A stretch of DNA of 64,000 nucleotides, from positions 793,159 through 857,158 of the forward strand of contig OW818634.1 in assembly GCA_942492765.1 (NCBI GenBank), read 5' to 3'. This document shows positions 27,573 to 37,064 of this stretch, in pieces. The translations under genes and the position numbers were made by a program. Origin of the DNA: an uncultured bacterium. Its GTDB lineage: Bacteria; Patescibacteriota; Patescibacteriia; Patescibacteriales; UBA12465. The notes beneath the pieces were generated by a model. That model did not search any database and had not been told where the DNA came from. It was given only the letters and a program-made list of their open reading frames with translations. Position 1 is the stretch's first letter; each line of letters begins with the position of its first letter.

Positions 27573-30251
27573 ATGGAACCAGAAAAAATAATCTTTACCG
27601 AAGAGCAGAATAACGGAGGCCGCGGCGCTTGGTTCTTAGGGCGTTTCTTATTCTGGGGAACTGCGCCTCGCCGTTCGGTCATCAGTCTAGAGAGGACGAG
27701 AGAGAAGATCGATAGCCTGCTGATCTTCTTCGCCTGGCTGATACTGTTCGCGGGCTGGGTCGCTTTCGGTTTCTGGATCTTCAATAATCAAGCGGCTCTT
27801 TTAGCTAAGCCGATCAGCTTGCTTTTTTTCTGGAGGAAATTCGATCCGCTCATCTTCGTCTTCCTGATTTCCCTCTGGTTCGACTTGTTTCTGATTTATC
27901 GCCATAGCCAAGATAAGGCGGCGCTAAGCAAGATCGACTATCGCCTGTTCGATGAGAAGAAAAAGAGCGGCCGCGCCGCTAAGAAATATAATGTCGCCGC
28001 CGCTTATGCGCGCGCGAGTCTCAGGGCGGTCGAAGACGCTTATCTCTTAGCCGTGAAGCTGAACCAGAGCCAGGTCGAGATCATCCATCTCTTCCGCGTC
28101 ATTCTGAAATCCAAGGATATCCAGAATCTTTTCATTCGCCTTAATGTCGACGCGAAAAAATTAGTGGAGCTCGTCGATCGCCATCTAGTCAAGCCGCAAG
28201 ACGATAAGTCAGGGCGGACGATCTTGTCGCCGGCCCTGCAAGAGGCGCTTGTGGCGGCTTTCGTCGATGCTTATAGCTTGAAGCAGGCGAGCGTCGACTT
28301 ATTGAACATTATCCAATTCTGTTATGAGCGCGATCCGATTCTAGCCGAGATACTTTATGAATTAGAAATTGATAAGGATAAGATTATAAATACTGTCGCC
28401 TGGTTCCGAGTGAATCATCGCCTCTTAGAAAATTATCGCAATTATCGCCGCTTGGCCGGTTTCAAGCCGGGCAGCAATATGAATCGCGCTTACACGGCAA
28501 TCGCGACTCCGACCCTTGATCATTTTTCTCATGACCTGACTATTCGCGCTAAATCCGGAAGCCTGGATATCTGCGTCGGCCGCGACCAGGAAATCAATAG
28601 CATCTTTGAAGCTTTTACGGGCGGGCATAACGGCGTCCTCTTGGTCGGCCCAGTCGGCGTCGGCAAGAGCACTATCATCGGCGGACTCGCGCAGCTGATG
28701 GTCGCCGAAGACGTGCCCGAATTCCTTAAGGATAAGCGTTTGGTCGAGCTTGATATTTCACGCTTGATCGCCGGCGCTGATGCCGCGACGGCGGAAGAGC
28801 GCTTATTGACGAGTCTAAATGAGATCAGCCGCTCCGAGAATATCATTCTTTATCTAGATAATATCGAAAATATCATCGGCATCACCGCGGGCAGCCAAGA
28901 GAGCTTGGACTTGTCTGAAGTATTAGCGGAAGCGATCAGCCGCAAGAACCTGTACTGCTTAGCGTCGGCTACGACCGAGAATTATTCTAAGCATATCGAG
29001 AGCAAGTCGATCGGCAATGTCATGACGACTATCGGCATCAAGGAGCCCGAGACCAATATGGCCATCCAGATGCTAGAAAGCAAGGTCGGCTTTTTGGAAG
29101 CTAAATATAATGTCTATATCGTCTATAGCGCTATCGAGCAGGCGGTCATCATGTCTATGCGCTATCTGCATGATAAGTTCCTGCCGCTCAAGGCGATTGA
29201 TCTGCTTGAAAAAGCGGCAATAGCCTGCGCTAAGAGGACTGCGAACGATCCAGGAGCATCTTCTTTCTGCGGCCGTGAAGACGTGGCTATAGCTATCAGC
29301 GAATTGACCGGCATTCCGGCTAATAAAGTGACGGTTTCGGAAAGCCAGAAATTATTGAATCTGGAGAAAGAAATCCATCAGCGCTTAGTCGATCAAGTCG
29401 AAGCGGTCGAGGCCGTCGCCGCCAGCTTGCGCCGCGCGCGCGCCGAGATGAAAGACAGCAAGCGTCCGATCGCTAGCTTTCTTTTCCTCGGTCCGACCGG
29501 CGTCGGTAAGACCGAGCTCGCGAAATCAGTCAGCCAGGTGTATTTCGGCGACGAGGATTATCTCATCCGCCTGGATATGAGCGAATATCAGACAGCTGAT
29601 AGCGTCCGCAAGATGATCGGCGATGTCGACGGCACTCTCGGTTACCTGACCGAAGCGGTGCGCAAGAAGCCTTTTGCCTTAGTCCTGCTGGATGAAGTTG
29701 AGAAAGCCAATCCGGACATCTTGAATCTCTTATTGCAAGTGCTCGATGACGGCCGCCTGACCGACGGGCAAGGGCGGACCATCAGCTTCTCCGAATCCAT
29801 CATCATCGCTACTTCTAATATTGGCGCGGTCTTCATTCAGGATCAGATCAAGGCTAAGACCCCGATCAACATCATCAAGCAGGATCTCATCGATAATCAG
29901 CTGAATAAATACATGCGGCCGGAACTGATCAATCGCTTTGACGGCATCATCGTCTTCAAGCCTCTGAGCGAGGATGATACTATCTCGATCGCGACTCTCA
30001 TGCTCAAGAAGATCAAGAAGAATCTGGCGCTCAAGGGCATAGACCTGAAAGCGGACAAGGACGGCGTGGCCGTCTTAGCGCACGAAGGCTATGATCCGAA
30101 ATTCGGCGCCCGTCCGCTGCGCCGCTTGCTTCAGGACAAGATTGAGGATAATATCGCCAATAAGATCTTAGCTGGAGAATTGAAGCGCCGCGATACCATC
30201 ATCATCAATAGCCGCGCCGAGATCGAAATCGAGAAGGCTAAGGAATTATAA
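27573..30251 (+). CDS. Membrane-anchored two-ring Clp/Hsp100-family AAA+ ATPase (ClpA/C-like, no long middle domain)
   Basis: Residues ~20-115 contain 2-3 TM helices, followed by Clp_N-like double repeat. D1 Walker A GPVGVGKS but Walker B IILYLDNIE (DN instead of DE). D2 GPTGVGKTE / LVLLDEVEKA / GARPLRR intact. Confidence 0.85.
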   Translation: MEPEKIIFTEEQNNGGRGAWFLGRFLFWGTAPRRSVISLERTREKIDSLLIFFAWLILFAGWVAFGFWIFNNQAALLAKPISLLFFWRKFDPLIFVFLISLWFDLFLIYRHSQDKAALSKIDYRLFDEKKKSGRAAKKYNVAAAYARASLRAVEDAYLLAVKLNQSQVEIIHLFRVILKSKDIQNLFIRLNVDAKKLVELVDRHLVKPQDDKSGRTILSPALQEALVAAFVDAYSLKQASVDLLNIIQFCYERDPILAEILYELEIDKDKIINTVAWFRVNHRLLENYRNYRRLAGFKPGSNMNRAYTAIATPTLDHFSHDLTIRAKSGSLDICVGRDQEINSIFEAFTGGHNGVLLVGPVGVGKSTIIGGLAQLMVAEDVPEFLKDKRLVELDISRLIAGADAATAEERLLTSLNEISRSENIILYLDNIENIIGITAGSQESLDLSEVLAEAISRKNLYCLASATTENYSKHIESKSIGNVMTTIGIKEPETNMAIQMLESKVGFLEAKYNVYIVYSAIEQAVIMSMRYLHDKFLPLKAIDLLEKAAIACAKRTANDPGASSFCGREDVAIAISELTGIPANKVTVSESQKLLNLEKEIHQRLVDQVEAVEAVAASLRRARAEMKDSKRPIASFLFLGPTGVGKTELAKSVSQVYFGDEDYLIRLDMSEYQTADSVRKMIGDVDGTLGYLTEAVRKKPFALVLLDEVEKANPDILNLLLQVLDDGRLTDGQGRTISFSESIIIATSNIGAVFIQDQIKAKTPINIIKQDLIDNQLNKYMRPELINRFDGIIVFKPLSEDDTISIATLMLKKIKKNLALKGIDLKADKDGVAVLAHEGYDPKFGARPLRRLLQDKIEDNIANKILAGELKRRDTIIINSRAEIEIEKAKEL

Positions 30252-30254
30252 GTT

Positions 30255-31298
30255 ATGTTCTATTCTTTTATCTTCATCTCAGCCCTCCTCCTGACGGCCA
30301 TCTTAACGCTCCTGGTTAAGAGGGTCGCTTTTCGTTTTGACGTAGTGGATAGGCCGGACCAAGGCGCGGCGGCCAGCCGGAAGATCCATACGCGGCCGAT
30401 CCCTCTCTTAGGCGGAATAGCCATCTTTGCCACCTATTTTGCGATTCTCTTTTTTAATCAGAGTTATTTCTTGTCGGGAAATCTCAAGTCATCTCATCTT
30501 ATCGGCTTTTTTGTCGGCGCTCTGCTCATCATGATCGGCGGCGCGCTGGACGATAAGTATAATCTTAAGCCTTGGCAGCAGATAATCTTTCCTCTTCTGG
30601 CGATCGCAGCGGTCATTATCGGCGGCGTCGAGATAACTAAGATTACTAACCCTTTCGGAGATTATTTTGATCTAAGCGTCATTACCGTCATCTCGCCGCT
30701 TTTAATCGGCCTCTGGCTCCTAGGCATGATGTATACGACTAAATTATTGGACGGCGTTGACGGCCTAGTGACCGGAGTAAGCGGCATCGGCGGCCTGGTT
30801 ATTTTCTTATTTACGATCACGACTCGCTATTATCAGCCGGATATTGCTTTTGCCGCTATTCTTCTAGCCGGAGCTTGCACTGGCTTCCTGATTTTCAATT
30901 GGCACCCGGCTAAGATATTCTTAGGAGAAGGCGGGTCTTTGCTTTTGGGTTATATCTTGGGAGTGCTGGCGATAATTTCTGGTGGCAAGATCGCTATTGC
31001 GTTGTTAATCATGGGCATTCCTATACTCGACGTCGCTTGGACGATCGCGCGCCGCCTTATCCAAGGCAAGAATCCTTTCAGATTTTCCGACCAGAAACAT
31101 CTGCATCACCGGCTGCTCGCCTTAGGCATCGGCCAGCGCCGGACCGTCCTGGTCTTCTATTTCTTATCGCTCGTTTTCGGATTGAGCGGCTTATTCCTGC
31201 AGAGCCGCGGCAAATTCTGGGCGCTCATCGCTCTCTTAGCCGTCATGATGGCTATCATCATCGGTTTCTGGCTCTTAGATCGGCAGAGAAAAATATGA
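30255..31298 (+). CDS. Glycosyltransferase family 4 (MraY/WecA-type polyprenyl-phosphate sugar-phosphate transferase)
   Basis: ~10 TM helices, DDK.. and LLDGVDGL motifs. Confidence 0.85.
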   Translation: MFYSFIFISALLLTAILTLLVKRVAFRFDVVDRPDQGAAASRKIHTRPIPLLGGIAIFATYFAILFFNQSYFLSGNLKSSHLIGFFVGALLIMIGGALDDKYNLKPWQQIIFPLLAIAAVIIGGVEITKITNPFGDYFDLSVITVISPLLIGLWLLGMMYTTKLLDGVDGLVTGVSGIGGLVIFLFTITTRYYQPDIAFAAILLAGACTGFLIFNWHPAKIFLGEGGSLLLGYILGVLAIISGGKIAIALLIMGIPILDVAWTIARRLIQGKNPFRFSDQKHLHHRLLALGIGQRRTVLVFYFLSLVFGLSGLFLQSRGKFWALIALLAVMMAIIIGFWLLDRQRKI

Positions 31299-31837
31299 AA
31301 AAGTTGCTTTTACAAATCTGTTGCGCGCCTTGCGGCACCTATATCAGCCGGGAGCGCTTGGCGTCGCATTACGATCTGACTTGGTATTTCTGCAATCCCA
31401 ATCTCGTTTCTCGGGAAGAATATGAAAAGCGCTTAGAGATGGTCAAGCTGATGGCGGAGAAATATGATTGGCCGCTCATCGTCGAACCTTATGAGCATGC
31501 GGAATGGCAGGATATGGCTTGCGCTCGCGCTAGCGATCCCGAAAGAGGGGAAAGGTGCCGCCTCTGTTACCGCGATCGCCTGGTCCGCACGGCGTCTTTA
31601 GCGCAGAAGCTGGGCTTTGATATCTTCGGCACGACTCTCCTAGTTAGCCCGTATAAGGACGCGGCCGCCATCATCGCGATCGGCAAAGAGCTTGAGGAGG
31701 TGAGCGAAGTCTCTTTCTTGGATATGGATTTCCAGGCTGATGACGGTTATCGCCGCAGCCAGGAATTAGCCAAGGAGCTCGGGCTCTATCGGCAGAAATT
31801 CTGCGGCTGCGAGTATTCTTTAAATCAGAAAGTATAA
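31295..31837 (+). CDS. queH: Epoxyqueuosine reductase QueH (DUF208)
   Basis: Start at the ATGA overlap with the previous stop. LLQICCAPCGTY and CRLCY..R, FCGC cysteine motifs of DUF208. The track start at 31037 is an out-of-frame overlap with the GT4 gene. Confidence 0.8.
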   Translation: MKKLLLQICCAPCGTYISRERLASHYDLTWYFCNPNLVSREEYEKRLEMVKLMAEKYDWPLIVEPYEHAEWQDMACARASDPERGERCRLCYRDRLVRTASLAQKLGFDIFGTTLLVSPYKDAAAIIAIGKELEEVSEVSFLDMDFQADDGYRRSQELAKELGLYRQKFCGCEYSLNQKV

Positions 31838-31839
31838 TT

Positions 31840-32595
31840 ATGAACAGAAGTTATAATAGAGAGTTTAGGATTATTCAATCATTTTTTTCGCTCGCTGGCA
31901 TATTTTCTCTGGCAGCTTTTTTATTTTTGGCGCCCATCGTCCGCGCGGCTGATATCAGCCCTAGCCTTTCGGTCACTTCAGAATCAAAATCGGATTTCGA
32001 CGGCGACGGCTATAGCGATGCGGCTGAGATCAAGAGCGGCTATTCTCCTTTCAACCCCGAGAAGGTGAAGATAGTGAAGAGCGATATGGATTTCGACGGC
32101 CTGAGCGATTATTGGGAGCTGAAGTTCAAGACCGATCCCTTTATCGCTGATTCCGACGGCGATGGCTATAAGGATGGAGCGGAAATAGATTTCGGTTATG
32201 ATCCAATAGCTAGCTCGAGCGTTAAGCTAGCCCAGAAGATCGAAATAGACTTGGCCGCGCAAAGATTGACTTATCTCGTCGGCGGCCAGCCTTGGAAAGA
32301 ATTCATTATCTCCAGCGGCAAGCCGAGCATGGCGACGCCGAAAGGGAATTATAAGATCATCAATAAGATTTCTAAAGCTTGGTCAAATACTTATAAGCTC
32401 TGGATGCCTTATTGGCTGGGATTAGGCAGCGGCCAATTCGGCATCCATGAATTGCCGATCTGGCCGAGCGGTTATCGCGAAGGCGCGGATCATCTAGGCA
32501 AGCCGGTTTCGCACGGCTGTATCCGGCTTGGCATCGGTCCGGCTAAGTATATATATGAAAGGGTGAGCCAGGGGACCGAGGTTGTCATAAAATAG
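31840..32595 (+). CDS. L,D-transpeptidase (YkuD domain) with thrombospondin type-3-like Ca-binding repeats
   Basis: Signal/TM N-terminus; DFDGDGYSD, DFDGLSDYWE, DSDGDGYKDGAE repeats; catalytic HGCIRL. Confidence 0.85.
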   Translation: MNRSYNREFRIIQSFFSLAGIFSLAAFLFLAPIVRAADISPSLSVTSESKSDFDGDGYSDAAEIKSGYSPFNPEKVKIVKSDMDFDGLSDYWELKFKTDPFIADSDGDGYKDGAEIDFGYDPIASSSVKLAQKIEIDLAAQRLTYLVGGQPWKEFIISSGKPSMATPKGNYKIINKISKAWSNTYKLWMPYWLGLGSGQFGIHELPIWPSGYREGADHLGKPVSHGCIRLGIGPAKYIYERVSQGTEVVIK

Positions 32596-32682
32596 CCAGC
32601 CGATAAGCCTATCGGCTTTTGTTTTTCTAGCGTCTAAATGATATAATTACTTTAGCCTAGTTAACGCTAATTTTTTTGTCTT

Positions 32683-35085
32683 ATGTCAAAGAAAAATTTT
32701 TTATTATCCCTGGCGCTCTTGTTCCTGGCTTTTACCCTGAGCGCTTGCACTCTGCCTTGGCAGAAGAAGGCCGCGCCCGAAACCGACGCGACGGTCAATG
32801 AGACCGAAACATCAACGACTACGGAAGCGATCGTTTCAACCGGCACGAGCAAGCTCAAGAAATTTAATAATTACGACGAGCTGGCGGAATTTTTAGCCGC
32901 TAACGATAATCCGACCGCTGTCGCTGCCAAGATATCTTCCGGAATCTTCCGATCGGAGATGATGGCTGTCAGCGCTCCGACCGCCTCGCCGTCAGCCGCT
33001 GGCAGCGCACATTCCAGCGATAGCTCGCAGCCTAATAATGCTCTAGATTATTCTGCGACGAATAACCAGGTCGCCGGAGTCGATGAAGCCGATATTATCA
33101 AGACGGATGGGCGCTATATTTATGCTCTCGTCCGGAATGAATTATCAGTCATCAGCGCTACGCCCGCTGCCGAAGCTAAAGTCGTCAGTAAAATCGTCTT
33201 CAAATCTCGGCCGCAAGATATATTTATAAATGGGAATTTTCTCGCCGTCTTCGGTAATGATAACCTTATCTATTCCCAGAGCGTCTATCAGGACTTCCGC
33301 CGCCAGAATTCTTATACCTTCTTCAAGGTTTTTGACCTGACTGATCCGGCCAATCCGAAGCAGGTCCGCGACTTGGATTTCGAGGGTTCTTATCGCGACG
33401 CCCGCTTGATCGGCGATTACGTTTATTTTTTGACCGATACTTATAATAATTATATCGCCGGCGAACCGCTCGTGCCGCGGGTTCTCGACAACGGCTTAGT
33501 CCTGCCGTCAAAATGCGAAGCGAGCGAAAAATGCTTCGCGCCCGATGTCTATTATTTCGACATTGATTATGATTCGTATAATTTTTCCAATATCACCGCG
33601 ATCAATATAAAAAATGGCGCTGAGGCTATCAGCGGCCAGTCTTATCTCCTAAACAGTGGCCAGAATATCTATGTTTCCCAGAACAATATTTACGTCACTT
33701 ATACTCAATATATAAATGAGTATGACCTGGAACAGGAAGCGAGGAGAGAATTGATTTATCCGCGCTTGAGCGCGGAGACCAAGGATAAGATCGATAAGAT
33801 CGAGGCGACTCCGAGTTTCATTCTCAATAATCAGGAGAAGCGATCCAAAACAGCGCAGTATATCGACCGTTATTTTAATTCCTTAAGCTCTACTGATCAG
33901 GCAGCGCTTAGCTCCGATATCGACGCGAAGCTGGCGGAAAAGATCAGCGCGAAAGCCAAGGACATGGAGAAGACCGTCATCCATAAGATTGGCATCAGCG
34001 GCAACCAGATTTCTTATCGCGCCATGGGCGAAGTGAGCGGGCAGGTCTTGAATCAATTTTCTATGGATGAATCCGGAGATTATTTCCGGATAGCGACGAC
34101 CCGCAGCCAATATTCTTCCCGCCTCAGCGAATCCTCCTCGGATTCTTATAGCAGCGTCTATGTGCTCGATGCTAATCTGGCCATGGTTGGCAAGCTAGAG
34201 AACCTAGCGACGACCGAAAAGATTTACGCCGCCCGCTTTATCGGCAATCGCGTTTATCTCGTGACTTTCAAGCAAACCGACCCCTTATTTGTCATCAGCC
34301 TGAGCGACCCGGCCAAGCCGGCCGTTCTCGGCGCCATCAAGGTTCCGGGTTTTTCTAATTATCTCCATCCGGTCGACGCGGACGGGACTAAGCTTATCGG
34401 CCTCGGCCGTGATGCCGATGTCGCCGCTAATGGCAGCGTGACCGTCAAGGGTTTGAAATTATCCTTATTCGATTTCAGCGACTTATCTAAGCCGAAAGAA
34501 CTGGATAGCTATATCCTGGGCGGAGCTGGCAGCGATTCTATCGCTCTCTATGACCATAAGGCCTTCCTGTACTCAGCCGCTAAGAATCTCCTAGTCATTC
34601 CGGCCGCTCTGCGCGATTCTAATAATCGCTTGAACTTCGCGGGTTCGCTCGTCTTCACGCTTCAAGACAACGCCTTTACTCTGAAAGGGAAGATAGACCA
34701 TTCGGCCGGCGGGCACTACGGCACGTCAGATTATTGGGACGGCTTCAGTTATTATGATAATACGGCCAAGCGCAGTCTTTATATCAATGACAGCCTATAT
34801 ACTTTTTCTAATAAATTCTTAAAGATTAATAATTTAACCGACCTGGCAGAGCTTAAGAGCTTGGAATTGACGTCGGGCGGAGATGATTATATCATTACCC
34901 CGATGCCAGCGGCTCAAGGTTCCGCGCCTAGTGGCAGCTCCGCTTCTAGCAGCGGCTCTGCGGAAGCGCCTTCGACCCCGGAAGCATCGGTAGAGACTCC
35001 GGCTACAGACGCTTCGCTTCCGGCAGAAACTCCAGTATCGGCAGAAACCCCGGCTGCCGCGACTTCATCCGCAGCCATTAACTAA
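32683..35085 (+). CDS. Beta-propeller domain lipoprotein (PF09826-like), Ser/Ala/Pro-rich tail
   Basis: Lipobox LSAC; NNQVAGVDEADIIKTDGRYIY and DPLF motifs typical of the secreted beta-propeller family; low-complexity C-terminus. Confidence 0.7.
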   Translation: MSKKNFLLSLALLFLAFTLSACTLPWQKKAAPETDATVNETETSTTTEAIVSTGTSKLKKFNNYDELAEFLAANDNPTAVAAKISSGIFRSEMMAVSAPTASPSAAGSAHSSDSSQPNNALDYSATNNQVAGVDEADIIKTDGRYIYALVRNELSVISATPAAEAKVVSKIVFKSRPQDIFINGNFLAVFGNDNLIYSQSVYQDFRRQNSYTFFKVFDLTDPANPKQVRDLDFEGSYRDARLIGDYVYFLTDTYNNYIAGEPLVPRVLDNGLVLPSKCEASEKCFAPDVYYFDIDYDSYNFSNITAINIKNGAEAISGQSYLLNSGQNIYVSQNNIYVTYTQYINEYDLEQEARRELIYPRLSAETKDKIDKIEATPSFILNNQEKRSKTAQYIDRYFNSLSSTDQAALSSDIDAKLAEKISAKAKDMEKTVIHKIGISGNQISYRAMGEVSGQVLNQFSMDESGDYFRIATTRSQYSSRLSESSSDSYSSVYVLDANLAMVGKLENLATTEKIYAARFIGNRVYLVTFKQTDPLFVISLSDPAKPAVLGAIKVPGFSNYLHPVDADGTKLIGLGRDADVAANGSVTVKGLKLSLFDFSDLSKPKELDSYILGGAGSDSIALYDHKAFLYSAAKNLLVIPAALRDSNNRLNFAGSLVFTLQDNAFTLKGKIDHSAGGHYGTSDYWDGFSYYDNTAKRSLYINDSLYTFSNKFLKINNLTDLAELKSLELTSGGDDYIITPMPAAQGSAPSGSSASSSGSAEAPSTPEASVETPATDASLPAETPVSAETPAAATSSAAIN

Positions 35086-35105
35086 AATTAATTAGCTTTT
35101 CCGTT

Positions 35106-35867
35106 ATGACCTATAAAAGATTGACTCCGCTTGTCATCCCCCTGGTAATCTGGATTTTCGGCCAGCTATATCTGCATTGGTCTGGTTTGTTTTACTCGGC
35201 TTTAGCTAGCGGCGCTCTGCTGATAGTGTTAAGCGTCAAGTATCTGGCGGGCCGGGAAAAGCAGGATTGGCCGCTTCTCGCGATCGCGCCGCTCCTGTTC
35301 TTTCTGAATTTTTCCGTCTATGCTTCGATTATCATCGGCAGCTTCTGGGTCCAAGCTATCCTAGTCCTAGTCGCTTGGTTCTTATTCGTCTATTTCAAGA
35401 ATCTGTATTATTATTTCGCCCATAAGGAATCAGAATCTATTTTCGAAGACAAGCTGGATAACCTCTTGATCGTCAGCGGCTTCTTATCCATTTTTTCCGT
35501 TACGACCGTCCTGTTCAGCCTGCCTATCTTCATCAATTGGCCGACTTGGGCGACTATACTTATCCTGGCGGCGGAAATCTGTCTCTTATTCCTCCAGTTT
35601 ATGCCGCTCAAGAAGATGAAGCCGGAACAAGCCAAGGTCCTGATACTGGTCAGCATAGTCGGGTTGGTTGAATTAGCCTGGGGATTGTCTCTCCTACCGT
35701 TGAAATTCCATCTGCTCGGATTATTCCTGGCTATCAGCTATTATTTAGCTCTGACTATTATCCGCGCGCATCTGCGCGGCACCTTGAATCGCCGAGTTTT
35801 GAAGCTGCCTATCATCCTCAGCGCGCTCGCGTTCATAATATTATTCTTAACAGCCCGCTGGCTTTAA
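35106..35867 (+). CDS. Polytopic membrane protein, unknown function
   Basis: 253 aa, about 7-8 hydrophobic helices. Confidence 0.5.
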   Translation: MTYKRLTPLVIPLVIWIFGQLYLHWSGLFYSALASGALLIVLSVKYLAGREKQDWPLLAIAPLLFFLNFSVYASIIIGSFWVQAILVLVAWFLFVYFKNLYYYFAHKESESIFEDKLDNLLIVSGFLSIFSVTTVLFSLPIFINWPTWATILILAAEICLLFLQFMPLKKMKPEQAKVLILVSIVGLVELAWGLSLLPLKFHLLGLFLAISYYLALTIIRAHLRGTLNRRVLKLPIILSALAFIILFLTARWL

Positions 35868-35878
35868 TTTTTAAAAAT

Positions 35879-37063
35879 ATGTCCAACGAATCGAAGATTG
35901 AAAAATCCAAAAACGGTCAGGCTAAATCATCTCTGCCCGGAGCCAGGTTCTGGCTCCTAGTCTCGATCGCTCTCATCTGCGGCTTAGCGGCCGGAGTTTT
36001 GGGAGAATCCCTGGCTAAGATATATATCTTTAAGGATTTCGGCGCTTCGACTTTTTCGGGAGAATTGAACCTTTCCGGACTGAATGCGGCTAATTCAGGA
36101 TTAGTCATCCGCGACGCTAAGAAAGTGGTCGTCAATCAGGACGTAAAGATCGCGGAAACCGTCGCCGGCGTCCGGCCGGTCCTAGCCAGCGTCTTCAAGG
36201 AGATCCCCGCGACTTCTTCAGCCTCGGAATATTATAATCTGGAAGATCCTCTATTCGTCGGTTTGATCGTCACGGCCGACGGCTGGGTAGCGGCTATGGC
36301 GCCCAACGAGCTGAAGAATGATTTTAAATTCAAGAATTACGTCGTGATTACCGGCGACCGCCAGATTTATAAGATCGATAAGTTAGCGGCGCTCAAGAAT
36401 CTGCCGGGCGATCCTTTGATCTTTCATCTCGCCGGCGCCAATAATCTTTCCGTCAAGAAGAATGCGGCTCGCGCTGAATTGACTTTGGGCGAGAGCCTGC
36501 TCGTCATCAATGACTTGACGTCTGTTCGGCCGGTGACCCTGGTGGCCTTATCAAGGACTTCTGTCGTCGCTAGCAGCGATCTAGCCGGAGCTCGCCTTAA
36601 GCTCAGCAGCGAAGGCGATGAGAGCCTGAAGAATTCTTTCGTCTTTGATCTGTCTGGAAACTTAGTCGCTCTCGTCGCCGGCGATGAAGCGGTCGTGCCA
36701 GCCTTCTCTTTCAATTCCGCTTGGTCCAGCCTTTCCCAGAAGAACCAGATTCTATCTCCTTACTTAGGAGTTAACTATTTAGACCTAGCTAGAATAAAGA
36801 CAAGCATCGTCTCTTTAGATAAGGGCGCTTGGCTTTATCCAGCCTCTGCCAATCAGCCGGCGGTCATCAAGAATAGCCCGGCCGAAGCTGCCGGACTCAA
36901 AGCCGGAGATGTGATCACCTGGGTTAATAATATCGAGATAGATGCGAATAACGATTTAGCCGACTTATTAGCTAATTATAAGGCCGGCGATAAGATCACG
37001 CTGACTTATGTCCGCGCCGGAGCAGAAAAGGAAGTCGAGATCAAGTTAGGCGAGAAAAAATAA
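35879..37063 (+). CDS. Membrane-anchored HtrA-like protein with C-terminal PDZ domain; catalytic triad not recognisable
   Basis: TM anchor; PDZ signature SPAEAAGLKAGDVITWVNN..I; GNSGGP replaced by DLSGNLVA; no TNxHV histidine motif. Confidence 0.6.
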   Translation: MSNESKIEKSKNGQAKSSLPGARFWLLVSIALICGLAAGVLGESLAKIYIFKDFGASTFSGELNLSGLNAANSGLVIRDAKKVVVNQDVKIAETVAGVRPVLASVFKEIPATSSASEYYNLEDPLFVGLIVTADGWVAAMAPNELKNDFKFKNYVVITGDRQIYKIDKLAALKNLPGDPLIFHLAGANNLSVKKNAARAELTLGESLLVINDLTSVRPVTLVALSRTSVVASSDLAGARLKLSSEGDESLKNSFVFDLSGNLVALVAGDEAVVPAFSFNSAWSSLSQKNQILSPYLGVNYLDLARIKTSIVSLDKGAWLYPASANQPAVIKNSPAEAAGLKAGDVITWVNNIEIDANNDLADLLANYKAGDKITLTYVRAGAEKEVEIKLGEKK

Positions 37064-37064
37064 T

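Noticed and set aside
31037-31294. N-terminal extensions proposed by the ORF track: queH from 31037, GT2 from 7797, hypothetical from 22253, mutM from 54302.
   Set aside because: The extensions overlap upstream genes out of frame and translate to low-complexity sequence. Internal ATGs reproduce the conserved family N-termini (MKKLLLQICCAPC, MSKKVGIILINY, MPELPEVE) or have a strong SD (22421).
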